Source: a virus (taxonomy: Duplodnaviria > Caudoviricetes). From it: a DNA stretch of 64,000 nucleotides. The stretch's first letter is position 1. The number at the start of each line of letters is the position of its first letter. The translations under genes and the position numbers were made by a program. Below, piece after piece: positions 39,601 to 48,925 of this stretch. The stretch covers positions 96,001 through 160,000 of the IMG/VR virus record IMGVR_UViG_3300037067_012889, one strand, 5' to 3'. The notes under the pieces are model-generated. The model was not told the DNA's origin and searched no databases. It worked only from the letters and a program-made list of their open reading frames with translations.

Positions 39601-40891
39601 TCTGATTAACGGCGTATCTGGTGAACAGAATATGTTGGCATTACAAAGGAAAAGCCTTGGGATCCAAGTACCGCTAATACACTTTCCAGGAACAAGATTC
39701 GCAACAGTCAATAAGTTAGAATTAGACTTCGAGCATCCAACATGGAGAGCCAAACCTTGGGATGACCAATATAGTACAAGCTGCGGCCCTAATAATCAGT
39801 CTTGTAGCAAGCCAACATATTTGAATGCCAAAATAGAAACAGATACGTCAGGCGATCAATACCTTGTATTCGATGATGTACCATTCACAATCATATCTAA
39901 TGGATTATATCCAGACATTCCAAGTTTTGGGTCGCATATTCTCGGTACAAACAAGCGCTTCGATGATAGCGACGTTGTTCATTCGGTCTACTCTACTCAA
40001 CCAGCTGGAAACGGAGCAATTACACTAGATACTACGGTTCCACCGACTAGACTAATACTTACAGACACAGACGATTATGTAAGTGGTGGCGTAACATGGA
40101 CATACGGATACACATTTACTGACGCGCCAACAATTACAATTGGTATAGAATTAAAATCTGGACTTCCGGATAATATTTATACACTATCAGCCAAAATAAT
40201 AACAGTAACTAATTCATATGCAGTAATCAAGGTTTATAAATCAGTTCTTGATGGTGTCGATATTGTGTTTAGCGAGTGTGCGACAGATGATGTAGCAGTG
40301 CATATGAGAGCTTGCTCAGCCGATACTGTCATGAATGCAGGAGATTCGCCGTTATTTTCATCGGCGACTCTATGTAAGGGAGTTGACCCATACTATATCG
40401 ATTACATAGATGGGTATCCAGCTTCATATGGATATCAAGATTATGTTTATGACGATTTCGATAGATCTGGGACTTTGACTGAATTATTTAACGAGCTTGA
40501 AATCGATCGCTCTGTTCCGACAGGTACAAGTATATTATTCTTCTTCATCAGTGGTATACGGTATCAGACGGCATATCGCTTCGATTGTGGATGCTCGGCC
40601 TTATTATGCGATTCTAGCACATCTCCGACGTCGGAAATTGATGTCTTAGATTGTTCTTTAGGCCATTATCAAGACGAGGTTTTGCCTTTTGATTTCGCCG
40701 ATGGTGAAACACGATATGGATATGACTATAATTCAGATAAGGTAGTAACAGATATAACTCTATACGCCGAGGAAAAGATTGGTGTATGTGATGTGGCATT
40801 CGACGGGCAATTGGTCTGGGATGAACAACACAAAACTTACAGACAGATGAACATGTTTGAACTCTGCAATGGATTTCCTACGTGTTTGTAG
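36614..40891 (+). CDS. Baseplate wedge/tail protein with a P2 gpI-like segment
   Basis: FVPYLCYLLGLDL...LRK.MLRN.V.L.QLKGS..AI..LF.LFG; GTGTTF insert; lectin-like insert. Confidence 0.75.
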   Translation: MAIKTNPHIPTWVCMPVNNNRTAYRPFSLPMILMETDRRDLSGNQIANSDVIVQNCDCGGNTECDCMGVLTTTCNEYCSGAAIRIVIEDVPHKAIVAGQIPIGLMSPDHEIFAKNVSMSEMISRMIHPEMQSFYRITAVNATTGEQTLIPIDYSEAVGGDLMQYETASGSVGNITYYPTANYYDFSDIAIETEQLPPDWYNISYQAQYYARVESASTPGQLNCIDITRKATSVYRFRMNHPGQVMEETVRMTPAPYMTSDKKSEDSTIEFYRPFTDILQDIFDEQYLLGSVNWVDYITPQFVPYLCYLLGLDLPYYPQSLYRLRKTMLRNVVRLQQLKGSRNAIYDLFELFGYIVYVNKLYWSADGKRLIRPGEKLPSAYSDQEIVVEERCQVEPILVGYNTSGFGQLTIPLLYRPTYTEVNQGVATVTRPGEITIDAYLVRKNVIGNGTVSIAQSTAAIGTGTTFLTDFAVNDTITVSGETVKIISAIIDDTHLTVTTAFQNITNNTTYSYVSRTYKRLEAIACGIGTAATGCNNNPSDFTACVVPSLSDAETDGVESWSRVVIERSSNFANPDEDSSTGDQPPFTHNGVSIDRKGNLLHLTFNGAIQFDDKYAQQGTNALNSELLLYAFAIYNREELIVPDKIKNLYSNRFDIQLLTQDGEQISGDILEFLIDYLFKIKAFHSLLHTLIYHANLSETYQVTPFCVGGDLEQRYNIDAGKLQVPPAILPKTPIDDCSADPGDLGYKPEDIALRKKILDNLPEEFQSWVDVKQYMSQKAVIGATGPVYIDRTVEQVGDERLAPTPAKDDTDCRFTYRGQDRLIPGNATDQDTIVYDPTPFSNTQSLESQSTTDLSPITTGMHGVFYPTGAEASTNNDSSKYSIFDREYSTFQNTFCELDGISDYCYKGRVEDEVLHRMTLIGDEQYKATPCKVTMGTGIYYTFAATSELTNSVQGSGLKQSYTAPLTRSNNSFLGRLLRAYDTVQSENVHFTDRPYLINGVSGEQNMLALQRKSLGIQVPLIHFPGTRFATVNKLELDFEHPTWRAKPWDDQYSTSCGPNNQSCSKPTYLNAKIETDTSGDQYLVFDDVPFTIISNGLYPDIPSFGSHILGTNKRFDDSDVVHSVYSTQPAGNGAITLDTTVPPTRLILTDTDDYVSGGVTWTYGYTFTDAPTITIGIELKSGLPDNIYTLSAKIITVTNSYAVIKVYKSVLDGVDIVFSECATDDVAVHMRACSADTVMNAGDSPLFSSATLCKGVDPYYIDYIDGYPASYGYQDYVYDDFDRSGTLTELFNELEIDRSVPTGTSILFFFISGIRYQTAYRFDCGCSALLCDSSTSPTSEIDVLDCSLGHYQDEVLPFDFADGETRYGYDYNSDKVVTDITLYAEEKIGVCDVAFDGQLVWDEQHKTYRQMNMFELCNGFPTCL

Positions 40892-40910
40892 TTAGGAACT
40901 AGCACGTAAT

Positions 40911-40918
40911 CAAATTTA
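40911..40918 (+). promoter_or_regulatory. Putative late promoter CAAATTTA (one of ~12 CAAANWTA-type sites)
   Basis: Recurs upstream of structural genes; see findings. Confidence 0.5.
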
Positions 40919-40937
40919 TAATATTGGAGGACATCAA

Positions 40938-41402
40938 ATGGCAGCGGCTAATAGTGTAGTTGGTTTTCTTTCTGGTATAGTGGCCTACGAAAACAACGAT
41001 GTTGGCAGTTTTCACTGTCAAGTCGAGTCACCAGATCTCGTCAACACGCTTGTTTGGAGCGTTGATGAGACTGGTAGCCGAATCGCCACTGGCGAGATGT
41101 ATAATATCGAATGGTATTACCCACTAGCTAATCTAATAGCTGGAATAGAATTATCTGCCGGGTTTACCTGGATGACCAATCCCCCAAGTCCAGTAAAAGC
41201 GATTAACGATGTTGTTATTCACTTAAACTTGACATTCACATTGGACGATGGGACTACCTGCCCGGTCTCGGCTACTTACGAGAATGGTGTCATGACCAAT
41301 CATACGGCAGTGCCGCCAACCTTGCCATCTAATATAACAAGTTTATTGGCGGCACTGACGCTCATGATCGACAAGGCAGTAACAGCGTGCCTGTTCACTT
41401 AA
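40938..41402 (+). CDS. Putative virion protein
   Basis: GGAGG RBS, late motif. Confidence 0.65.
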   Translation: MAAANSVVGFLSGIVAYENNDVGSFHCQVESPDLVNTLVWSVDETGSRIATGEMYNIEWYYPLANLIAGIELSAGFTWMTNPPSPVKAINDVVIHLNLTFTLDDGTTCPVSATYENGVMTNHTAVPPTLPSNITSLLAALTLMIDKAVTACLFT

Positions 41403-41492
41403 CCCTGTAGTCACCTTAGATCCCGCGCTGAATTCCCAAACGTTAATACTGTAATCACCTGGGAACGAGTGGAACTCTCCATTACGCCAATT

Positions 41493-41888
41493 TCAGAACT
41501 TGGCACGTATAATATCGACGTCGTGGCATCCGCCCTTTAGGACGATTTTTGCACCGCTTCCGCCATCGTCTGTGATTTCACATATTGAGTTGATGAACTC
41601 TAGAACCTCGTGCTCGAAATTGAGGTCTGTGTTCATCTTACCATTTCGTAATGGTACTACAAAATGTGGATGACCAGGATGTAATGTCTGCGTCAGCGAA
41701 GCCACAATATCGCGGACTTCATTTGGCGGAAGATTTCCGGTCTCAACATACATTACAGTTCTGATAGGAACACTCATATCATCGACCTCCCTAGATCGTG
41801 GTAATGCTTGAGTCGTCACAATCGGCTCACTCTTCGGTTTTTCGTCCTTAATTGCCGGTGGAATACTGCAACTTCTACATTTTCCCAT
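41493..41888 (-). CDS. Small protein resembling the clip region of T4-type portal gp20
   Basis: RTVMYVETGNLPP...FVVPLRNGK. Confidence 0.55.
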   Translation of the reverse strand: MGKCRSCSIPPAIKDEKPKSEPIVTTQALPRSREVDDMSVPIRTVMYVETGNLPPNEVRDIVASLTQTLHPGHPHFVVPLRNGKMNTDLNFEHEVLEFINSICEITDDGGSGAKIVLKGGCHDVDIIRAKF

Positions 41889-42056
41889 TTTTCTACTCCA
41901 ATAAACAATAGCTTATTACACCTTACTATGAAATACGCTATAATGTATTTGACAAGAACCAGGCAACCAAACCAATGAGGTGTTATTATCGCATCAGCAA
42001 CACAATTCCCAGTCAATCTTGTTATACCACTAGCAACGGCTGAAGAATGCAAGTAT

Positions 42057-42365
42057 ATGGAGTTGCTAATAGCCGATCTAGTTGGACATGAACGACCAGA
42101 GGATCAGAAATGCGACTATGAACATATAGCATTTCTGACAAAGGCGTACTATGAAAATCCAGATGAAGGTCAGCGTGCTCGATTACTCATCAATGGCGAA
42201 GAAGTCAAGAGAGGCACCGTCGAGCAGATGAAAGAAGCCTATAGATTTCAAACCAGCATCAATCAGAAAGCCAATATTTCTGTGCAAGAATGGCAGAAGA
42301 AGCCATTGTCTGATAAACCGGCTGGCTTTGTGACAATAATGTCCAGAGCCGTACGGGTTTGTTAG
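42057..42365 (+). CDS. Hypothetical protein
   Basis: 102-aa ORF. Confidence 0.55.
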   Translation: MELLIADLVGHERPEDQKCDYEHIAFLTKAYYENPDEGQRARLLINGEEVKRGTVEQMKEAYRFQTSINQKANISVQEWQKKPLSDKPAGFVTIMSRAVRVC

Positions 42366-45253
42366 GTTATTTTGAACGATGATGCTGCGTGATAATATGT
42401 ACTAACACTAGTGTCTTCGTTGAAGATATATCCTATCACATAATAAGTACCAGCCGCTATTCCGGTCGTATCCCAATCGAGACTAAATGACCCGTTTTCT
42501 GCCACAATTACGCCAACAGATATCCACGTCGCAGGTGTGTAAACTGACGGGCTTGTAGTTATACCAAGGTTCACTTTACTATTGGCTTGTATACCAGAAG
42601 CAGTCCATGTAACTGGAACATGCGCCCCAGCGACATAACTCCCCGATAACGGAGCTGTGATTACGAATGCTACAGCTGGCAGCGGCGTTCCTACTATTTG
42701 CGAATGCCATACTCCCATTATACCGCCAGATGGTGCAACTCCCTGATACCCACACCATGCCGCGACCCATTTTCCAGTACTATTATTACGTGCAACATCG
42801 GGCCAGTATTGATCATCAATACCACGGTGTGCCAAACCAGGATTATTAACAATATATTCATCTGTTGTCGCCACACCAGCAGCAGTAAAGCTTCTAGCAA
42901 GAATACCATATTTAGAGATATTAGCAATCGGATCGTCTGGAATGTACGGGTTATCCCATATAACTGTGAAGTTACCATCACGATCACATGCGATACGATT
43001 GACATTCTGACCATAGTCACGTTGGGCCGTATTCACTATAGCCGGTACAGCCAATGCTGTGCCAGAACTATTATAACGACGCATCCAGGTAGAATAACCA
43101 CCTATTGTGTTACTATAGGCAGACCATATGACAGTGAAAGCACCAGATGCAGCTACTGCAACGTCAACGCTAGCACTGCCACTACCTATCAACTCGTTTG
43201 CAGTATTAGCCTTAAATTCTGCTGCATACGGAACACCAGTAGATTTATATCTTCGGCACCAAGTAGCGGCGTTGACGTTGTTTGTTTGGTATGACCAAAC
43301 AATAACAAAATCGCCAGTTTCAGCAATGCCAACAGAAGGAAGTGTGCAATACCAATCACTACCAGACGCATTAGATGTAGGAGTATTGACCTCGAAGTTT
43401 ACTGCTACTTTATTACCAGCACTATCATAACGTTGGCATTCGATATCTTGATACCAATTTCCTGGGAACCCTGGTTTATTTTCAAGCCATTGCCTTTCCC
43501 ATACAATGATAAAGCTCTTATCAACTTTATTCATTGATATGGCTGGATTGTAGAACCATGAATATGAAATGTCATTAACGCGGAACTGGTCTCCAAGAGG
43601 TGTACCATCAGCACTATACATTCTTGCTTGAATACCACTACGTACAACAGCGTCTGCTGTGTAATCAATATCTGGTCCTGTCCATATAACCACAAAAGTA
43701 CCGTCATGGCCCATTGCTACATCGGGGAACGAACTTGTTTGATCGCCGTATGATGGCACCACAAATTGGGCTGTTGTAGGATTGCCATCTGACCCGAAAC
43801 ATTGCGCCATTACGACCGGAACGCTGTTATTATCATAATTGGCCCAAGCAATAACAAACCGACCGTCATCGGCCGCATCAGAAACGCGTGTATAAAGGTC
43901 ATTGTGAGTACTGGCCTCTGGCGATGCCGATGGGGATGGTGACAACGATGGGGATGGTGCTATCGACTCCGATGGAGATGGAGATAACGACGGCGATAAT
44001 GACGGTGATGTTGAAGGCGACGGCAGTGATGGCGATGTTGAAGGCGACGGCAGTGACGGTGATGTTGAAGGCGACGGCAGTGACGGCGATGTTGAAGGCG
44101 ACGGCAGTGACGGCGATGTTGAAGGCGATAACGAGCGTGACAATGACGGCGATAACGAGTGTGACAATGACGGTGATAAGCTCATCGACGGTTCACCGCT
44201 TGGCGATATCGATACCGATGGCGACAATGAACGTGATAGCGATGGCGACGGCGACAACATCGATGGCGATCCAGGAGACAACCAAGATGACACAGATGGC
44301 GACGGAGATGGCGACGGGGTTAACGACAAGGACAAGGATAATGATGGCGATGCAGAATATGACGGCGATAATGATGGCGAATTAGATAAACTTGCAGAAG
44401 TAGATGGTGACAGTGAGTGTGATGCTGATAACGACAGAGACAATGACGGACTTAATGAAGGAGACAAGCTGGCTGATAACGATGGCGACAAACTAAGTGA
44501 AGGAGATAGGCTGGCTGATAATGATGGCGACAGTGAGGGCGATAGACAACCCGGTTGGGACGGCAAAATGTCTCGGCCCCAAACATCAACAAACCAAAAA
44601 GATTCTTTACTACATACTGGTACTACTGTTCCGTCCGGCAGCACCCATTGAAAAACACATTCTATACCAGTATCATCTGGGCTCGTGAAGCGTGGGCCAG
44701 ATGATACTGGTGCGGTTTCTATCCCCGATACTGCATTATCCATATGATATTTAAATGGATCTGTCGGACCAGTATTGCAATTGAAACTGGTCTGAAAATA
44801 GCATGTTGATTGTGAGCTATCTTCTGCGATAATATATCCGACATATCCCAAGTCATTGGGTTTTATTATTTGTCGTTCTACTGTACAAATACCACGCCTA
44901 TAGACATTCTTCGTATCCGTATCAACCCTACCATAATCTATTCCCATGTCGACTTCGGTGACTGAAATAATTGTCACCGTAGACATGTAATATCTATCAA
45001 TTATTATTTGTTCTGCCGCAGTTGTATTTTGTGCTTGTAATCTTACTACTCCACACTGACTATTGACACAGAATCTTACATCATAAGTCCTAGCGTCACA
45101 CCATACATACGGCATCTTTGTTATGGTTGTATAATCCAATACGCTTATACCATCAACATCTATCGTTTCCCATTGAGTCCAGTATAATGTACCATAATCA
45201 TCTCTAAAGAATATCGATCCTGTAGCTGGTGTCATTTGGAACTCACTATTCAA
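42362..45253 (-). CDS. Putative virion adhesin: N-domain, Ser/Pro stalk, F.VN-repeat propeller-like domain, C-terminal Ig-like domain
   Basis: About 210 aa of SPS(L/T); about six QF.VN...P.VA...G.FV.VW repeats; WDTT...AGTYY. Confidence 0.75.
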   Translation of the reverse strand: MNSEFQMTPATGSIFFRDDYGTLYWTQWETIDVDGISVLDYTTITKMPYVWCDARTYDVRFCVNSQCGVVRLQAQNTTAAEQIIIDRYYMSTVTIISVTEVDMGIDYGRVDTDTKNVYRRGICTVERQIIKPNDLGYVGYIIAEDSSQSTCYFQTSFNCNTGPTDPFKYHMDNAVSGIETAPVSSGPRFTSPDDTGIECVFQWVLPDGTVVPVCSKESFWFVDVWGRDILPSQPGCLSPSLSPSLSASLSPSLSLSPSLSASLSPSLSPSLSLSLSASHSLSPSTSASLSNSPSLSPSYSASPSLSLSLSLTPSPSPSPSVSSWLSPGSPSMLSPSPSLSRSLSPSVSISPSGEPSMSLSPSLSHSLSPSLSRSLSPSTSPSLPSPSTSPSLPSPSTSPSLPSPSTSPSLPSPSTSPSLSPSLSPSPSESIAPSPSLSPSPSASPEASTHNDLYTRVSDAADDGRFVIAWANYDNNSVPVVMAQCFGSDGNPTTAQFVVPSYGDQTSSFPDVAMGHDGTFVVIWTGPDIDYTADAVVRSGIQARMYSADGTPLGDQFRVNDISYSWFYNPAISMNKVDKSFIIVWERQWLENKPGFPGNWYQDIECQRYDSAGNKVAVNFEVNTPTSNASGSDWYCTLPSVGIAETGDFVIVWSYQTNNVNAATWCRRYKSTGVPYAAEFKANTANELIGSGSASVDVAVAASGAFTVIWSAYSNTIGGYSTWMRRYNSSGTALAVPAIVNTAQRDYGQNVNRIACDRDGNFTVIWDNPYIPDDPIANISKYGILARSFTAAGVATTDEYIVNNPGLAHRGIDDQYWPDVARNNSTGKWVAAWCGYQGVAPSGGIMGVWHSQIVGTPLPAVAFVITAPLSGSYVAGAHVPVTWTASGIQANSKVNLGITTSPSVYTPATWISVGVIVAENGSFSLDWDTTGIAAGTYYVIGYIFNEDTSVSTYYHAASSFKIT
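43915..44545 (-). repeat. Ser/Pro low-complexity repeat, including a 27-bp PSTSPSLPS tandem
   Basis: Direct translation. Confidence 0.9.
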
Positions 45254-45350
45254 GTAATATAATTCATAGAAATGACCTAACCAGTAATGTGATTACATAA
45301 AGTATTTTTGTAGGTGTGTGATTTTAACCTTCGGGTCGAAATCTCTTAGG

Positions 45351-46439
45351 CTACCATAAGAGCAAATAATTACATCCTTTAAACGTCTTCGCTTCTACAG
45401 CATGATCATAAAGCTGAAGTACACTAGTTGGTTTATATTGATCTATCAACTCTTGTTTGTTTCGCCTCGAAGCATAACATATCATTTGCTTGGTTTGACT
45501 AAGTATATCCCCAGAAGGCATTTCAAATCCATCGAAGTTGTTGTCAGAAATTAGTAAGTCAAGTTTCTGACCATCAAGCCATCCAAAATTGCCCTGGACA
45601 AAACTAGCAAACCCTGCTTCTATAGCCTTCTCAAATCTCTCATCTTTAACAGTAAAATATGGAAGGCCCATCATAGCACATGCTATAGCTTTAGAACCAA
45701 AACCGGGATGTAAATCGCCCACTGGACCAGTAATTTTAAGAGCCTTAAATATCGCACAATATACTAATGGACTTATAATCCTGCGACGTGTAAACCATCT
45801 AGTTATTTTGCGAACATTTGACGAATTTATACAAACTTGCTTCTTATTACATATATTTCGCAGTGCTTTCCACAGCATCTTGCCAGCTTGATGAGCACCG
45901 GGATTGAAAAAATGTTCTAGTATTCTAAAATGTGTCGGTGGACGTCCTCTTGGAAAACATGTGACAGCCCCGTTGACAAAGTACTTTTCATATCCTGTTT
46001 CTTGCAACAATTGCCAATCTGATTCCAAGATATTATCAGGATACCAATCAGGTTCTGGTTTTGTGTTCAAAATTTCACGGAACAATCTATGCATAGCAAT
46101 ACGCTGCTCTACTATAGTTGCTTCATTAAATTGAGTACGATTAATACACCAATGATATGTTGGCGAATCGTCTAACGGATCATTGCGAAATTCTTTAAAT
46201 ATCGGTATTTCTTTTCTTATAACAGCCAATTCTGGCGTTAAGAAGAAGCAATTATCGTGACGTTTCTTTCTACGCTTGACTATTCTATAGAAATAATAAT
46301 CACGTATCCCGGTCTTGTAGGCTGCATGCACTGATTGACGTTCTATGTATGCATGCTCTATAATATCAGTCTGTTCTAATTGTGATGCAAGGAGCTTCAC
46401 CCACAGTGGTACTATTCCTGGCCTGGACCTTCGGGGCAT
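45351..46439 (-). CDS. Hypothetical protein with a degenerate SAM-binding-like motif
   Basis: VGDLHPGFGSKAIAC resembles a D...GxGG motif I. Confidence 0.55.
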   Translation of the reverse strand: MPRRSRPGIVPLWVKLLASQLEQTDIIEHAYIERQSVHAAYKTGIRDYYFYRIVKRRKKRHDNCFFLTPELAVIRKEIPIFKEFRNDPLDDSPTYHWCINRTQFNEATIVEQRIAMHRLFREILNTKPEPDWYPDNILESDWQLLQETGYEKYFVNGAVTCFPRGRPPTHFRILEHFFNPGAHQAGKMLWKALRNICNKKQVCINSSNVRKITRWFTRRRIISPLVYCAIFKALKITGPVGDLHPGFGSKAIACAMMGLPYFTVKDERFEKAIEAGFASFVQGNFGWLDGQKLDLLISDNNFDGFEMPSGDILSQTKQMICYASRRNKQELIDQYKPTSVLQLYDHAVEAKTFKGCNYLLLW

Positions 46440-46974
46440 TTCTAGTCTTTACTTGAATCTTAAAGTTATTCAACCAAGTTGTTATGGTGTCTGGCGAAAC
46501 CCCGGCGAGCTTGGCACAGGTAACGACATTTTGATCTAACTCTACATAATGTTTATGTAACCACTCATAATTGCGGCAAGAGTTAGTCGATCGTACGCCG
46601 GTCTTGATGTTATATTTACTCAAACGCCTGCGTACTGTCTTCACGCTAAAATGAGATATACGAGACAAAATATACACACCATGTAGTTGATACTGTCGCC
46701 GCCACCATTCCTCACAATCCCAACCGGGTTCTAGCTCCATATCTAACGGAGTTTTTATTGTCTGCGGCGACGTTTTCCTGCCACGAGTTCTACATATGTC
46801 GGTTCTAGACTTCAGTCGTCTGATATATCTAGAACTCAAAGACAATACTTGTGCTAAATCATTAGTACTAAAGAATTTATAGCGTACAAAGAAATTGCCT
46901 AATTGTTCCGAATTGCGTCTATCGAGTAATTCAAACTCGTCACGCATTATTTGACAATGATCCGACATGTCCAA
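46366..46974 (-). CDS. Multi-HTH DNA-binding protein
   Basis: Three HTH-like units, e.g. EWL.KHY...CAKLAGVSPDTI..WL..F.I. Confidence 0.65.
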   Translation of the reverse strand: MDMSDHCQIMRDEFELLDRRNSEQLGNFFVRYKFFSTNDLAQVLSLSSRYIRRLKSRTDICRTRGRKTSPQTIKTPLDMELEPGWDCEEWWRRQYQLHGVYILSRISHFSVKTVRRRLSKYNIKTGVRSTNSCRNYEWLHKHYVELDQNVVTCAKLAGVSPDTITTWLNNFKIQVKTRNAPKVQARNSTTVGEAPCITIRTD

Positions 46975-47004
46975 TCTATTTTGTGCTTTGCGTTTTTAAC
47001 GAAA

Positions 47005-47229
47005 TTAACCCGTAAAAAGGACTTCATATAGTCTGTTCTCAAATGATTCCTTCTTAACGTGCTTCGGCAAGCCTTTCGTTTTTGTCGAAGCGAACTTATC
47101 GAGTTCCTTGCTACTCATGCCCTTGGCCATTTGTGCGCTTGGAGAACCGGGCTTAAGAGGTGCTCCCGTTTCCTTGGCATGCTTGGCAATTCCTGCCGCC
47201 GCTTGTTGTGCTTTACTTACTGCTGGCAT
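47005..47229 (-). CDS. DUF3008-like small basic protein
   Basis: MPA.SKAQQ.AAG.A...MAK.MS.KEL.KFASTK.KGLP.H. Confidence 0.8.
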   Translation of the reverse strand: MPAVSKAQQAAAGIAKHAKETGAPLKPGSPSAQMAKGMSSKELDKFASTKTKGLPKHVKKESFENRLYEVLFTG

Positions 47230-47264
47230 AATTGATTCCCCTAATATTGTCCTGCTAGACCATC

Positions 47265-47837
47265 TTATATTTGTTCAGATAAGTCGAATACCATATAATA
47301 AGCTCCGTGCCCTTGCATATAGCAATCTCGTATAACACTTGTTGCTATAAATTTCATTTTACGTAGAAATAATTGGGCTGCGACATTATACTCACTAACA
47401 TAAAGAAAGATATATTTCTTCCTCTCCATTTGCAATTTAATTTTCAACATATTTATCATAAGAGATGCCATTTTGTGTTTGCGATGGTCTTCATCAACAG
47501 CTATACTATATAATTCAACACAATCAGGATAATTCTTTATAACGGCATATCCTATTATTAAACCATCACATTCCACGACATAACAGCAAGAACCATTCTC
47601 GTGGAGTACTGAATAAAAATCACAATATAACCATGGATATTCGAAGCTATTGCGTTCTATATCGATGATACGTTTAATGATACGTTTAAAATCATTATCA
47701 GACACCGAACGAATACTGGCTGGCGCTGATTGTATCAGAATCTTATGCCATGACTTCGTACATATCTCTTTCTTCATTACGTTCTTCCATGAATGAAAGA
47801 GTGGCCACATCAGCAATTGCTGATGTGGCCGACACAA
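47265..47837 (-). CDS. RimI-like GNAT N-acetyltransferase (start uncertain)
   Basis: IE..SF..PW, IAV...HR, V.EYN.AAQLF. Confidence 0.75.
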   Translation of the reverse strand: MCRPHQQLLMWPLFHSWKNVMKKEICTKSWHKILIQSAPASIRSVSDNDFKRIIKRIIDIERNSFEYPWLYCDFYSVLHENGSCCYVVECDGLIIGYAVIKNYPDCVELYSIAVDEDHRKHKMASLMINMLKIKLQMERKKYIFLYVSEYNVAAQLFLRKMKFIATSVIRDCYMQGHGAYYMVFDLSEQI

Positions 47838-47851
47838 GCGTATCTGGTACT

Positions 47852-48901
47852 TTATTTACTAATTCTAGATAATTCTGAATATACCATCAATAGATCTTTT
47901 TCTGTTATGATTTTGAAACACTTATGTTTGTTATTTGCCGCTCTGAATTTCGCTTGATTCTTCGGCCAGGTAGTCATCTTCATTGGCTTCACCTCGATCA
48001 GTTCTTCATGGCCGTCTGAATACGATACAAGGAAATCGGGTGTATAATATAATTTTGTCCCTTCAAATTCATATTCTATATTAAAAGGCTCATATTTGAA
48101 TGCGATAACACTGGTGTCTTCTTGCAATATTTCGACATATCTAGTCTCATATGTCGACTTAGTAGTAAATTGACCTCCTTTACTCGTTTTTAGTCGCATT
48201 CCATAGCCACGATGCTTCGTCTTTCCTTGATTCGATAATTCTGATGCTCTTTTAGAAGCTTGTAATCTATATTCATCAGATCGCAGCTTTGCGATAGATT
48301 TCTTTCGTGCGAGAATACCAGCATCTGATTTTAGGTATTCTCGCATCTTAAAAATGCCACTAGACAAATAAACTAATCTCCTACTGCTCTTCTCCTCGTC
48401 AGTCATCTTATGACCAAACCAACCATTACGATCTCCTCTAATCGCTTCGGATATTTTACGCTTCGTATCATCGCTTAATCTGCCGTCTTTATTCCATGGA
48501 GTCTTTCCAATACTTCCATCAGTCGATGCTCTTCGAGCTCTCTGCTTGCCTAACTCTGAAAGTGATATACCATGCTCTTTAATCAAGATGCAGATTGTAT
48601 TATAACTCACTCCAAGCTCAGCGGACAGAGCTCTAATAGATAGAGAATTACGCAATCTCTTCAATTTATTGACTAACTCTGGCGTTCCTTTTGAGAGCGT
48701 TGCGGCTATTTTAGTCTTATGTTCATCAGTTGGGTTATATGATGAGTGCCGCACGCCAAGTTTTCTAGCTCTGGCCCCAATAGTTTTAGGGCTTATGCCC
48801 GGTAGATACCTATTACCAAATTCCTTGATAGTCAAGAATGGTAAATGAGTAATAATGATGTGGTCGTACAACGACCAATCTACAGGCTTTCCAGATGGCA
48901 T
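47852..48901 (-). mobile_element. Free-standing homing-endonuclease-like gene: HTH/NUMOD3-like modules plus a TnsA-type PD-(D/E)xK nuclease
   Basis: PWNK...SDDTKRKISEA..G.RNG.FG; KSTYE; YEP; YTPDFLV...LIEVKP. Confidence 0.7.
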
Positions 48902-48925
48902 AGAGGCATCTCCGCCTCTATTTAC

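Noticed and set aside
11139-41446. Shared 13-mer TCCCAAACGTTAA near two convergent gene junctions (about 11139 and 41434)
   Set aside because: Matches of this length are expected by chance in 64 kb and the flanks do not align.
43888-44688. Plus-strand ORFs with MLKATAVTA repeats
   Set aside because: These are antisense shadows of the Ser/Pro repeat in 42362..45253.
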